The notes: generated by a model from the sequence alone, not told the origin. Shown: positions 9,526 through 19,025, numbered from the stretch's first letter. The stretch: 64,000 nucleotides of DNA from a virus (IMGVR_UViG_3300037400_003633:1-64000); one strand, 5' to 3'. Translations and numbers: made by a program.

Positions 9526-9753
9526 ATGGAAGAGAAATATACATTTACATTCCAACTCACCAAGGAAGAGGTGAAGGAAATGGAGAAGGCATTGCATGGC
9601 AGACAAGACAAGAACTACGAGACACAGTTAAAGTGTAAGCAAGGTGGTATCACCATGCATCATCAGAGAGAAGAAGCCCTGAGAAACTTTATGATTATGC
9701 AGGGCCTAATTGAACAGTTTGAAAGACAAGAGTTAGATTATAGTCTGGTATGA
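9526..9753 (+). CDS. hypothetical protein
   Basis: 75-aa ORF in operon. Confidence 0.6.
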   Translation: MEEKYTFTFQLTKEEVKEMEKALHGRQDKNYETQLKCKQGGITMHHQREEALRNFMIMQGLIEQFERQELDYSLV

Positions 9754-10004
9754 TAAAGAAGTATCAATTAGACCTTACAGATGATGAGTTCATGCATATT
9801 ATGCTTGCATGTGATGCCTGGTCATCTGAACAGAAGGAAAAGGCTCGTAAAGCGCATGAGCAACAGTCTCCAAATGCTGATAAATGCGAGGACAGATTCT
9901 CCACATCAGAAATGGTAATGGAGAAACTTATGTTATCTGCTTGTGAGACCAATCCAGAATTGAATTTAAAACAGAAATGGCAGGAGATAATGTTTGATGT
10001 ATGA
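9750..10004 (+). CDS. hypothetical protein
   Basis: 84-aa ORF, coupled overlap. Confidence 0.6.
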   Translation: MIKKYQLDLTDDEFMHIMLACDAWSSEQKEKARKAHEQQSPNADKCEDRFSTSEMVMEKLMLSACETNPELNLKQKWQEIMFDV

Positions 10005-10168
10005 GTAGGAAAAGAGTATGGGAGACCATATCAGTTAGAACACAAGCTGATTTACAAAGAGCATTACGTTCACTTAGGCGTTGTAAGAAGACAATGTCCA
10101 AGGAAGAAATTGATGGTGAGGAATGGGCGCTAGAACTTGAATGGGCTAATAATAACGGATACTTATGA
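10001..10168 (+). CDS. hypothetical protein (55 aa)
   Basis: ORF read by hand, ATGA coupling. Confidence 0.5.
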   Translation: MSRKRVWETISVRTQADLQRALRSLRRCKKTMSKEEIDGEEWALELEWANNNGYL

Positions 10169-10220
10169 CCGAACAAGAACGTATTGCAGTCATCTTTCAT
10201 AAATGGGAGGATAATGAGAA

Positions 10221-10454
10221 ATGAAAAGAGAAATAGTTGAAAAGATTATTGACCTCACACTAGACCAAGTGAGGGAGAAGGGGCTTGACCTGCTTGATGA
10301 ATTACCACAAGACCAGGTTGGTATTGTATACGATGCCATTGAACGTGACCTTGAAGAGTTCGAGGACGAACTTCAGAATGACATTGATTATGACGATGCT
10401 GACGATGACTACAACCCAGAGCATTTCAATGATGATGTTGAATGGGATGGTTAA
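10221..10454 (+). CDS. acidic hypothetical protein
   Basis: 77-aa ORF, D/E-rich. Confidence 0.6.
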   Translation: MKREIVEKIIDLTLDQVREKGLDLLDELPQDQVGIVYDAIERDLEEFEDELQNDIDYDDADDDYNPEHFNDDVEWDG

Positions 10455-10462
10455 AAGATATT

Positions 10463-10511
10463 AAAAGATTGGAGTATTACTTTGATATCCCAATTTTTTT
10501 ATATAAATTTG
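10463..10511 (+). promoter_or_regulatory. terminator-promoter cassette
   Basis: Hairpin arms around TTTG (10481), N19, TAAATTTG. Confidence 0.7.
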
Positions 10512-10538
10512 CACACAGATAACAATATCAATAAAACT

Positions 10539-10949
10539 ATGACAACAATAAAAGTAAACGAATACAGCTTGAACTGTTTGTGTTTTAGAACATATGACAA
10601 TGAGTTGGGATTCCCTTCTGACTCTGTTCCTTGTATTTGTAGTATCAATGCAGGTCTAGACCAATATGTAGCGGAGTGGGTATGTGAGGCATTAGGTTAT
10701 CCACAAGCCCCTATTTTCTACCTCTCCTGCTTTGGAACAAACAGTAATTTGAGAGGAATGGGCTATGGTAGACAAATGCTCCAATATATCAAACAATACT
10801 TCAGGGGTTGTGTATTATATCTTGAGGTGAGTTCCATTGGAGAAATGTCAAACCAACAACTGAAAGCGTTCTACGAATCGGAAGGCTTCCATGAGATATG
10901 CCCTAAGGATGGCTATCCAATGTATTACACAATGGCAATAAAACTATGA
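10539..10949 (+). CDS. GNAT-family N-acetyltransferase
   Basis: Acetyl-CoA motif LRGMGYGRQML, LYLEV, LKAFYESEGF. Confidence 0.8.
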   Translation: MTTIKVNEYSLNCLCFRTYDNELGFPSDSVPCICSINAGLDQYVAEWVCEALGYPQAPIFYLSCFGTNSNLRGMGYGRQMLQYIKQYFRGCVLYLEVSSIGEMSNQQLKAFYESEGFHEICPKDGYPMYYTMAIKL

Positions 10950-11281
10950 ACAAAAAGAAAGTAATTAATTTATACGATGACATCTTCATAATAGATGGCA
11001 AGACAGTAGGCATTACGAAAGCCACAATACGCACTGGCTATCAGAAAAATGACAAGTATGTGAGGTTTCTCACCAATTGTTCACTTGGTAACGGAGTCAT
11101 GGCAGAGTTCGACCTGTCATTGGAAGATGCTGATACACTCATTAGCAACATTGAGGATGGAATTACAACCTATGTGGTTGCAGAATGCTACGGTGGTGTT
11201 GCTAGACTGGCTGACTATGGAGATATCCATTTTGGTATACGAGAGCATATAAACGATATGATTAATACTTCATTAGACTGA
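10946..11281 (+). CDS. hypothetical protein
   Basis: 111-aa ORF. Confidence 0.65.
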   Translation: MNKKKVINLYDDIFIIDGKTVGITKATIRTGYQKNDKYVRFLTNCSLGNGVMAEFDLSLEDADTLISNIEDGITTYVVAECYGGVARLADYGDIHFGIREHINDMINTSLD

Positions 11282-11285
11282 TAAT

Positions 11286-11801
11286 ATGGATAGACATACA
11301 CTAACTTTAACTATCATGTTGTCAGCAATGGCAATAACAATCCTCATATTGTTTGGTATTGTAATATATGAGAGCTATATGTTCAGTAGGGCTAAGAAAA
11401 AGCACCTCATGTTCAACCAACTCAAGAAGGGTGACTACGTCTGGAGAGTATGCGCAGACGAATTGAAGCCACTTCGTGTCAGAAAGGTATACTATGACTT
11501 CAAGTATGAATCAAATGAGATTGAATATATCGGCATTAGCCTAGAAGACACATACCATATCCTGAGGATTAATCCAGAACATGCTAAGAGCTTCATGTTT
11601 GAGGATGGCACAATTAAGTATTATACCATCTACGAGGAAGCTGATACAATCGCATCACTCACTAGAATCAAGAGAGAAAGGGAAATCAATAGGGTTACAT
11701 CAGTATCAGTTGATGAGTTCTCAAAGAAACTGAATAGCCATATTGAATCACTCAAGAAACTTGGAGAGGACACAATAAAGGAACTGGAGGTTAAAATATA
11801 A
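11286..11801 (+). CDS. membrane-anchored hypothetical protein (F-x2-LK-x-GD family)
   Basis: N-terminal TM helix then FNQLKKGDYVWRV. Confidence 0.65.
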   Translation: MDRHTLTLTIMLSAMAITILILFGIVIYESYMFSRAKKKHLMFNQLKKGDYVWRVCADELKPLRVRKVYYDFKYESNEIEYIGISLEDTYHILRINPEHAKSFMFEDGTIKYYTIYEEADTIASLTRIKREREINRVTSVSVDEFSKKLNSHIESLKKLGEDTIKELEVKI

Positions 11802-11821
11802 CTTATAAACTTTGTTAAACT

Positions 11822-11974
11822 ATGACACAAGAAGAAAAATCCCTATTACTCCAAAACCTCTGTGCGATGTTGCCTCATCGAGTTAAAGGTATAATTTCGT
11901 TTAAACATTTATCAGTTTTAGATGATAACAAATGTGCAATATTTGTAAGACCGTTTAAAGTAAAAGGAGGATAA
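11822..11974 (+). pseudogene. truncated paralog of 12988..13449
   Basis: MTQEEKSLLLQNLCAMLPHRVKG vs MTQKEKSLLLQDLSARLPYGVKI, then diverges and stops. Confidence 0.6.
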
Positions 11975-11975
11975 T

Positions 11976-12116
11976 ATGGATTATATAGTCGGATATTGTA
12001 AAGTGTTTAATGAACAAATTAATCATTATGATTGCAAACGTTGTAATTATAGTAATCCTTTACATTGTAAATATTTTAAATACAAATATACTATAGAAAA
12101 AGTCTTAGGAGAATAA
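11976..12116 (+). CDS. small Cys-rich hypothetical protein
   Basis: 46-aa ORF read by hand. Confidence 0.45.
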   Translation: MDYIVGYCKVFNEQINHYDCKRCNYSNPLHCKYFKYKYTIEKVLGE

Positions 12117-12170
12117 ATTAGTACTGTGATAAAGATATAAGAAGTTAACGAACTAAATAAAAAAAAAATT

Positions 12171-12983
12171 ATGAAGAAATTAGCATTAATGATGTTCGCT
12201 GCAATGTTCATAGCATCGTGCGGCAAGCAAGAGAGTGAAGTAACCACCGCTAACGGAAATGTGACAATCAGCTTTAATTCAGCGACAAGGGCTGCATCTG
12301 ATGCGCCATTCGAGCGACTTGACATACTGTTACTTAACGGTAATGGTGAGAAGGTCTACGAGACCAGCCAGACGAGCGAGCATTATTCATTCGGAGAGGT
12401 TACGCTGAGTCTTCCGCTTGGTGCATATCAACTTATAGCCGTTGGACATAACAGGCAGGCTACACTGAGCAAGAATGCGGTAACGTTCACGGGTGGCGTT
12501 GGCGATACGTTTTGCCACAACGGAATGATAAAGGTAGCGGAAGGCAGTAATACCTATACTCCGACACTTAAACGCAATGTAGCCATGTTCAGGCTGATAT
12601 TGAATGACGAGGTTCCGCAAAACGTGAAGAAGTTCTACTTCGAGGTGTCGGGTGGCTATATTGACTTCGACCCTACAACGAATCAGGGCATTACCAAGTA
12701 TGACCAGACCGAGGTGTTCAGCGTGAACTCAGCGAACATCTACGAGGTGTACACCTTCACGGGTGAGAGCGCAAGAGGTTCTGTGGACATCAACGTCTAC
12801 GCAATGGATGCTCACGGTAATGTAGTAGCCAAGAAGCAGTTTGGTAAGGTAGGCATCCAGCGAGCTTGTGTCACCCAGTATAGTGGTAACTTCTTTGCTA
12901 CCGATGACAACTCTGTGTTACCAGTATATATGGGTTTTGCGGTCAATAGCGAATGGGAAAATACGTCTAAGTATAGCTTTTAA
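12171..12983 (+). CDS. FimB/Mfa2-family fimbrial lipoprotein
   Basis: Lipobox IASC; VTISF...RLDILLLNGNG, LPLGAYQLIAVG, DTF, TLKRNVAMFRL, gap-filling C-terminal strand pattern; GC-richer than flanks. Confidence 0.8.
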   Translation: MKKLALMMFAAMFIASCGKQESEVTTANGNVTISFNSATRAASDAPFERLDILLLNGNGEKVYETSQTSEHYSFGEVTLSLPLGAYQLIAVGHNRQATLSKNAVTFTGGVGDTFCHNGMIKVAEGSNTYTPTLKRNVAMFRLILNDEVPQNVKKFYFEVSGGYIDFDPTTNQGITKYDQTEVFSVNSANIYEVYTFTGESARGSVDINVYAMDAHGNVVAKKQFGKVGIQRACVTQYSGNFFATDDNSVLPVYMGFAVNSEWENTSKYSF

Positions 12984-12987
12984 GGGT

Positions 12988-13449
12988 ATGACACAAAAAG
13001 AAAAATCTCTATTACTCCAAGACCTTAGTGCAAGGTTGCCATACGGGGTTAAAATTGATTATCCGTTGGTAATTGATAATCCGTTATTAGAAGATATTGT
13101 ATCGGGAATATTTTTAGATATTAGGAGCGTTGATATTGACCATGTGATTGCATATATGCCTGACAAGAAATATGAAATTGATTTGTCCAAAGTAAGACCC
13201 TACCTTCGTCCAATGTCAAGTATGACTGAGGAAGAGAAAGAACAACTCGCTATTATTAAGAGTGAAGATTTTCAACTTGTCAGACAATGGGTAAAAAATG
13301 AATCTTTTAAAGAGACAGGTGTTCCTTGTCCAGTTACTTGTGGAGAAATAGATTATTGTAATAAAAAACATTTTGATTATCGTGGACTAATTGAGAAAAG
13401 CCTTGCATTGGAAGCACCAGAAGGAATGTATGACTTAAACAATAAATAA
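12988..13449 (+). CDS. hypothetical Bacteroidota phage protein
   Basis: LLLQDLSARLPYGVK...VRPYLRPMSSMTEEEK...HFDYRGLIEKSLALEAPEGMY. Confidence 0.7.
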   Translation: MTQKEKSLLLQDLSARLPYGVKIDYPLVIDNPLLEDIVSGIFLDIRSVDIDHVIAYMPDKKYEIDLSKVRPYLRPMSSMTEEEKEQLAIIKSEDFQLVRQWVKNESFKETGVPCPVTCGEIDYCNKKHFDYRGLIEKSLALEAPEGMYDLNNK

Positions 13450-13545
13450 CTATGGCAACAATTAAATCAAATAACATCAAATGTAAATCAATTTGCACTG
13501 GATATAAATGGCTATGTGATAATTGTATTAAAAATTTGAATAACT

Positions 13546-13809
13546 ATGACAACAATTAAAAAGATTATCCTATTAGCACTTACAGTCTTGATAATGGTTG
13601 GGTGTATAGAAAAGAAAGAGAATGGAGAACCTATTGTAAGTGATTATTATAACCAACATTCAGTTGATAACCCTTATATTCAAGTTTTAGATTCTTGCGA
13701 GTATATTTGTTGGGATTATAAAATGGCTCACAAAGGCAACTGTCGCTTCTGTAAAGAGCGTAGGCAAAAGGAATTGGAAGAGTTGGTAATTAAATTAAAG
13801 GAGAAATAA
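13546..13809 (+). CDS. phage lipoprotein
   Basis: Lipobox MVGC; DSCEYI...HKGNCRFC. Confidence 0.7.
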   Translation: MTTIKKIILLALTVLIMVGCIEKKENGEPIVSDYYNQHSVDNPYIQVLDSCEYICWDYKMAHKGNCRFCKERRQKELEELVIKLKEK

Positions 13810-13811
13810 CT

Positions 13812-14195
13812 ATGGCAACAATTAAATCATACACAGACATTTCTCAGAGCAAAAAGTTGGCAGAAATATTGCCTCTTGAAAGTGCGGATATGATGTATCA
13901 TTCTGTTGAAAATGAATATGGAACTGGTGCATTTGTAGCAATATCCAAAGTTATAACAAATGGATTTAGAAATGATGATTTTTATATTGACGATATTCCA
14001 TGTTGGAGTCTTGTTGCATTACTTGATATTTTACCAAATGATTCTGATGTTGTTAAAGATAAAGCTGACACAGAAAACGAAAAATATATGTGTACTGTAG
14101 GAATAGCTGATGATATTATAAGTACGTTCGGAAATAATCCTGTTGATGCTTGCTACGAAATTATATTGAAGTTACACGAACTTAAAATGTTGTGA
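13812..14195 (+). CDS. hypothetical phage protein
   Basis: 127-aa ORF. Confidence 0.65.
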   Translation: MATIKSYTDISQSKKLAEILPLESADMMYHSVENEYGTGAFVAISKVITNGFRNDDFYIDDIPCWSLVALLDILPNDSDVVKDKADTENEKYMCTVGIADDIISTFGNNPVDACYEIILKLHELKML

Positions 14196-14419
14196 TTATG
14201 ACAGAAAAACAGACCAAAGAATACGAAAAGTTGTCCAAATTAAAAGAACAATATAAAAATTTTATTGCAAAAGACGGAGACGTTAGTATTACATATTATT
14301 CACATCTTATTCATGACAGCCTTTATGCTAGAGTTGATGATGATGAATTTAAAGATTTAGTTAAAACTTTAGCAAAGGAAAGACTTAAAATTATAAATAA
14401 ACAAATAGAGGAATTATGA
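14192..14419 (+). CDS. hypothetical protein
   Basis: 75-aa ORF. Confidence 0.6.
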   Translation: MIMTEKQTKEYEKLSKLKEQYKNFIAKDGDVSITYYSHLIHDSLYARVDDDEFKDLVKTLAKERLKIINKQIEEL

Positions 14420-14524
14420 AAGAACTATCAATAGAAGAAAAAGCAAAACATTTCTTTGAACTTGGGATTAAAGCACACTTATAATAAATGAACTGGAGGT
14501 TAAACTATAATTCATAATAGCCAT

Positions 14525-14833
14525 ATGAATAAAAGAAACTATAAGGTAGAAGGAAATATAATTTACCCAGATGAGAAAATGCTCACTTGGGGTCCTTTCT
14601 ACTACCATTCAATAGATAAGGGAAAAGAAAGAATGGAGACAATTCTTGAAGACATCACAAAATGGTGCAACCTACAAGACCCATCACTTAACATCACTCC
14701 AGAGAACCTGATAAGGACAAGGACTGAAGAACAAATTGTATTCAACATAAAAGCATGGAAAAACGAAACCACACTTCAGAATTGTAATGGTATCATAACA
14801 ACTGAAGAGATATTTTTTGAAGATGATGATTAA
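14525..14833 (+). CDS. hypothetical protein
   Basis: 102-aa ORF. Confidence 0.6.
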   Translation: MNKRNYKVEGNIIYPDEKMLTWGPFYYHSIDKGKERMETILEDITKWCNLQDPSLNITPENLIRTRTEEQIVFNIKAWKNETTLQNCNGIITTEEIFFEDDD

Positions 14834-14841
14834 ACTTTGTT

Positions 14842-14890
14842 AAAAGATGCAAGAGACACTTGGTTTCTTGCATTTTTTTATATATCTTTG
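14842..14890 (+). promoter_or_regulatory. terminator-promoter cassette
   Basis: AAAAGATGCAAGA/TCTTGCATTTTTT arms, CTTG in loop, N20, TATCTTTG. Confidence 0.7.
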
Positions 14891-14910
14891 CATAAAAGCA
14901 AATATAATAA

Positions 14911-15312
14911 ATGGCATTTAAACTATCAATGGTTGCATCCTCAGATGAAGGGGATAAGATATACTGCCTTTATAAAAATGGTTCTGATATACTGCTAAGA
15001 GGATATTATGATTTCAATAAGGACACATTCATAGTCACATCATTCCATTCCAGTAAACTGAAAGAAGATATGACTGTGGAATCTGTAATTGAAGGACTCA
15101 AGACAATGTTGCTACTTGAACATGATTGGGAATTCAAATATCATAAGAAAGTAATCAAACTGATAAAAGAAGGCATTATAAAAGCTAGAAAAAGGAAAAA
15201 TAGAAAGAAGAAAAATGGAGGCAAAGAAACACATGCCAATGAAACTTACGGAAGAGGAACTGGTTCTGATGAAGAAGTGCCTGAAGAAATTCAAACACTG
15301 CCAGACTATTAA
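14911..15312 (+). CDS. hypothetical protein
   Basis: 133-aa ORF after promoter. Confidence 0.6.
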   Translation: MAFKLSMVASSDEGDKIYCLYKNGSDILLRGYYDFNKDTFIVTSFHSSKLKEDMTVESVIEGLKTMLLLEHDWEFKYHKKVIKLIKEGIIKARKRKNRKKKNGGKETHANETYGRGTGSDEEVPEEIQTLPDY

Positions 15313-15628
15313 GAAGGTTCTAATGAGCGTCTATTATGGTAGCAGATTCTTCTATGGATTCATTGAATTCACTGAATATATGACAGAACTGTTAGCCATA
15401 GGCTCAGATAAAGAGGAAGACCTGGAACAATGGCTTGATAGAAGATATCGAGGTAATCAAACAGTCTTTGGCTTTAATTACGCCATAGTCAAACTTGGAG
15501 ACCTGAACAATATGGAAAGCCATATAACTGATTTCTTGCCATTTGTGAATACCCTAACGAAACTAGATTATGTCGATGTAAGAGAGGCAGCAAAAATACC
15601 AGAAGGGTTTTATAAGATTAGAAAATAA
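15215..15628 (+). CDS. hypothetical protein (HMPMKL family)
   Basis: N-terminus HMPMKL shared with 17438..17908. Confidence 0.65.
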   Translation: MEAKKHMPMKLTEEELVLMKKCLKKFKHCQTIKKVLMSVYYGSRFFYGFIEFTEYMTELLAIGSDKEEDLEQWLDRRYRGNQTVFGFNYAIVKLGDLNNMESHITDFLPFVNTLTKLDYVDVREAAKIPEGFYKIRK

Positions 15629-15648
15629 CAAATATAGCTATTAATATT

Positions 15649-15975
15649 ATGAATAGAAAACTGACAATTGAGAAGATTTACAATACCCTCATGCAACAGG
15701 GTAAGGTAACATCAAAGAGTGATGTCCTGGGTACTGACCCAATGGAAGACAAAGTGTTCACCAAGAAGCTCACAGTAGATAAGGAACTGGGAGAAGGAGC
15801 TTCTGCCATTGAGGTTAAGTTCATTGCCATCACAAGTGACAATAAAGAGTTCAATAATACATCATCCAATGATGTGCGTGTTAACATTAAGAACACAAGA
15901 AACCAATGGTGCAACCTCTTCATAGAGGAAACACCAGAAAACATCCTTGAACTAGTTGAAACCACAGTCTGCTAA
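15649..15975 (+). CDS. hypothetical protein
   Basis: 108-aa ORF. Confidence 0.65.
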   Translation: MNRKLTIEKIYNTLMQQGKVTSKSDVLGTDPMEDKVFTKKLTVDKELGEGASAIEVKFIAITSDNKEFNNTSSNDVRVNIKNTRNQWCNLFIEETPENILELVETTVC

Positions 15976-16196
15976 TGACAAGGAAACAGATAATAAGACT
16001 GGTGAAGAAATATCAACTAATGCCAGAACTCTATCTGTTCGACGAGTGGATTAGGCGATATTCAAGAGACTCTAAAGACGCAATATCCTATATGGAACGA
16101 TATACAAAAAATAGCAAAAGACCAATCAACTTCGTAATAGGAACATTGACGTTACTGAAAGATACAGTAGAATATTCAAAAAATGCAATACAATGA
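15975..16196 (+). CDS. hypothetical protein (MP-x-L family)
   Basis: IIRLVKKYQLMPELY. Confidence 0.6.
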   Translation: MTRKQIIRLVKKYQLMPELYLFDEWIRRYSRDSKDAISYMERYTKNSKRPINFVIGTLTLLKDTVEYSKNAIQ

Positions 16197-16636
16197 CAGA
16201 CCTGGAATTTGCAAGCTGTGACTTGGAAAGACTTAATGACATATACATCAATAGGAAAAAGTTCTATGAACTTAGTCCAGGAGACCCCGTATATCTCGTC
16301 ATAGTCGAAATAAGCCCCACAAAATACGATGGACGCTTCGTATTCAAGGCAAAGGAAAGATATACGAAATATCAATTGAACTTCTATGGTATGACACTGG
16401 TCAACCCATCAAGACCAAAGTCAAGACAGGCAAAGATATACCTAACACAAAACGGACAGGGAATCTTTGCCGATAAAAACGTATCGTCTTTCATAAGACA
16501 TAAGAGAATGTATAAAGGAGAAATAACTCTCCACATATACGGAACATCACTACAGGAATGCATATTCAAAGCAGAACAAACAGCAAACCTGCATAACCTG
16601 GATGATAAACTGTCCTGGGGACAAGCACCATTATAA
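16193..16636 (+). CDS. hypothetical protein (F-x2-L-x2-GD family)
   Basis: FYELSPGDPVYLV...YGTSLQEC. Confidence 0.65.
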   Translation: MTDLEFASCDLERLNDIYINRKKFYELSPGDPVYLVIVEISPTKYDGRFVFKAKERYTKYQLNFYGMTLVNPSRPKSRQAKIYLTQNGQGIFADKNVSSFIRHKRMYKGEITLHIYGTSLQECIFKAEQTANLHNLDDKLSWGQAPL

Positions 16637-16640
16637 TAGT

Positions 16641-16868
16641 ATGCTAACAGATAAGGAAGCCATAAAGATTGTAAAACAACTGGGAATGATGCCAGTGCTA
16701 TATAAAATGACCAAAATAACATATGGCATCAAATACCCATTATTTCACCTTGAGATACAAAAATACGGTGGTATTTACAAATGGATGATGTCAAGACTAA
16801 CAACATCTGAGGATGGACTTATAAAAACCCTAGACGAATGGGACAAAGTAACTAAAAGTGTAAAATAA
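16641..16868 (+). CDS. hypothetical protein (MP-x-L family)
   Basis: IKIVKQLGMMPVLY. Confidence 0.6.
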   Translation: MLTDKEAIKIVKQLGMMPVLYKMTKITYGIKYPLFHLEIQKYGGIYKWMMSRLTTSEDGLIKTLDEWDKVTKSVK

Positions 16869-16882
16869 TAATAACAAATATT

Positions 16883-17425
16883 ATGGATAGAGATATAGCA
16901 TTGATGAAATTCGCAGAAGCAATACAATTCATAGAGGAAACTATGAAGGTGGAGAAAATAACAGGAGTGGAACTAGAACCAGTTCCATTCGCAAACGATA
17001 ATATCTATATGACTGGATTCAGAATAGATACAGAAACACCAATGATTCACCTCAAGGTAATCAGGAAACTCAACCTGTTCAATACAACAAAACAACAAAA
17101 GGAATACTATATGATGAACCCTGATGCTGACTTCTGGATTGATACAGAAGCACTAGACGGATTCACACTGTCAGAAACAATCACAGCACTGAAAAGAAAA
17201 CTATATATGGCAACAGACCTCTGCATTGCCAACTTCTCATACTCCAACAGAAACGAAAGAGTAGAACAACACGTAGCCTATATATCAAGACGTGTGGCTT
17301 GCAAAGACATGCTAGCATTAAGGAAAAAATACTATGACATAAAATTCAAATTCATTAATAAGCCAAAAGAAAATAAAATATCAGACCTAGAGTTCGCTAC
17401 AGCAGCACTAACATACGAAGAATAA
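16883..17425 (+). CDS. hypothetical protein
   Basis: 180-aa ORF ending SDLEFATAALTYEE. Confidence 0.7.
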   Translation: MDRDIALMKFAEAIQFIEETMKVEKITGVELEPVPFANDNIYMTGFRIDTETPMIHLKVIRKLNLFNTTKQQKEYYMMNPDADFWIDTEALDGFTLSETITALKRKLYMATDLCIANFSYSNRNERVEQHVAYISRRVACKDMLALRKKYYDIKFKFINKPKENKISDLEFATAALTYEE

Positions 17426-17437
17426 ACAACTATACCA

Positions 17438-17908
17438 ATGACCAAAACAAAGGTACATATGCCAATGAAACTCTCAGATAGAGAGAAAAAACTAATCAAG
17501 GAACTTATGATGAGAGCAAAAAAAGAAGGAGGAACTACACTGCAATTTCTTGTCAAGAAATTCATCATAGCTATATATTGGCATCATAAAACAGCACTGT
17601 TCAAAGACTACTCTGGTACTGTAGGAGCAACAATACTCAGAGCATTCCCAAATGGTAGCAGATATACAATACAGGAAGCACTGAGAAGAGAAATATACTC
17701 AATACCATTCTGGATGTCAGACCTGTATGATGATAGACCAGACCTATACAATGGTATATCAACTAGAGTGATGCTGGACACAAATATTAGGTCAATGAAA
17801 ACATTCATGGCAGAACTCATTCAATCAATACACGAGAGAGAAACAAATGTGAAATTGGCTAAAATGGTGGGACTCTATGAAGACCCAGCAGAAGACCTGC
17901 CATTCTAA
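17438..17908 (+). CDS. hypothetical protein (HMPMKL family)
   Basis: 156-aa ORF. Confidence 0.7.
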   Translation: MTKTKVHMPMKLSDREKKLIKELMMRAKKEGGTTLQFLVKKFIIAIYWHHKTALFKDYSGTVGATILRAFPNGSRYTIQEALRREIYSIPFWMSDLYDDRPDLYNGISTRVMLDTNIRSMKTFMAELIQSIHERETNVKLAKMVGLYEDPAEDLPF

Positions 17909-17920
17909 ATAAAACAAACT

Positions 17921-18166
17921 ATGATTAAGGAAGATAAAGATAAAATAGAATACCAACTCAGACAGGTTAAAAACGTCAGCATACTAATAGGCATGATGAC
18001 AAAAGATGTCATGCAATACGTCAGGGAAACTAACTGCACACAAGATGAAGCTGTCGAAAAAAGAGAAAAAGCATATAACTTCCTATCCAAATATGGAATA
18101 GATTACCTCGAAACTGCCATAAAGACAATTAGGGAAATAACAAATAAACCATCCATATCACTATGA
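17921..18166 (+). CDS. hypothetical protein
   Basis: 81-aa ORF. Confidence 0.6.
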   Translation: MIKEDKDKIEYQLRQVKNVSILIGMMTKDVMQYVRETNCTQDEAVEKREKAYNFLSKYGIDYLETAIKTIREITNKPSISL

Positions 18167-18429
18167 ACCAACATGTAAAAGAACTGGTGCAACTCGCTAA
18201 AAAACACAATAAAATGCCAGTCCTGATAAAACAATTGCAATACGAAAATTCTACATTGATAGGAAAAGCATTTTCAGATACAGAAATAATAGAAATGTGG
18301 TATGATAATATACTAAAAAATGCATATCAAGAATTGACGTGGGATGATAGCTATACTTTCGAAGTAGAATTTCTAAAAACTTTAAACAAATGGCAATACA
18401 GACAGGAAAAAACAATACTACACCAATAG
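18163..18429 (+). CDS. hypothetical protein (MP-x-L family)
   Basis: LVQLAKKHNKMPVLIKQL...DTEIIEMWY. Confidence 0.65.
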   Translation: MNQHVKELVQLAKKHNKMPVLIKQLQYENSTLIGKAFSDTEIIEMWYDNILKNAYQELTWDDSYTFEVEFLKTLNKWQYRQEKTILHQ

Positions 18430-18686
18430 TCAAACTAATGGTGCAAATGGCAAAGAAAAATAAATCAATGCCAATACTAATGAAAATGCTACAAATAGAT
18501 AGAAAACTGTTCTATAAAAATTTAACCGATACAGAAATAATAGAAACGTGGTATGAAGTAATACATAACGACTGGAAAGCAACAAAAACATTCGATAATA
18601 CCACAATTAATGATATCTTTAAAGAATATATAAACGACTTTAAAAGATATATAGAACAATATGAAAATGACCTACCTGTCTGGTAA
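18390..18686 (+). CDS. hypothetical protein, tandem paralog of 18163..18429
   Basis: MVQMAKKNKSMPILMKML...DTEIIETWY; start uncertain. Confidence 0.65.
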   Translation: MAIQTGKNNTTPIVKLMVQMAKKNKSMPILMKMLQIDRKLFYKNLTDTEIIETWYEVIHNDWKATKTFDNTTINDIFKEYINDFKRYIEQYENDLPVW

Positions 18687-18689
18687 TCA

Positions 18690-19025
18690 GGAAGTCACGC
18701 ATAGTAAAAAAGTTTTACATGAATATTTTTGATACTTTTGCAACTTAAACTAATTGAAAATCAGATAGTTAGAAATGGTAGGAATTCTCTAATTTTTTTG
18801 GTACATTCTAGTGTATTTATAAAGCATTTATCAAAGAAAATGTATAGAATTTTTTTGAGAAAATTATGAAACGGATATAGGTAATATACTACAGAAAAAA
18901 GATATAAAACTTAAGGGAAAAACATTAGAAACATTGGGGAAAAAATATTATAAACTTAAGAAAAAAACTGTGTCTCGTGTAAATTGATTAAAAAATTTTA
19001 AAATTATTTAGCAAAATTTAACATA
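18690..19025. other. AT-rich intergenic region at a C-rich to G-rich strand-composition switch
   Basis: Noncoding; imperfect palindrome AACTAATTGA-AAA-TCAGATAGTT at 18748-18770; skew flips although flanking genes are both on +. Confidence 0.55.

Larger units (their letters stand above)
11781..14517. mobile_element. 2.7-kb gene island flanked by 28-bp imperfect direct repeats
   Basis: GAACTGGAGGTTAAAATATAACTTATAA (11781) vs GAACTGGAGGTTAAACTATAATTCATAA (14490), 25/28; gene remnants and atypical composition inside. Confidence 0.65.
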
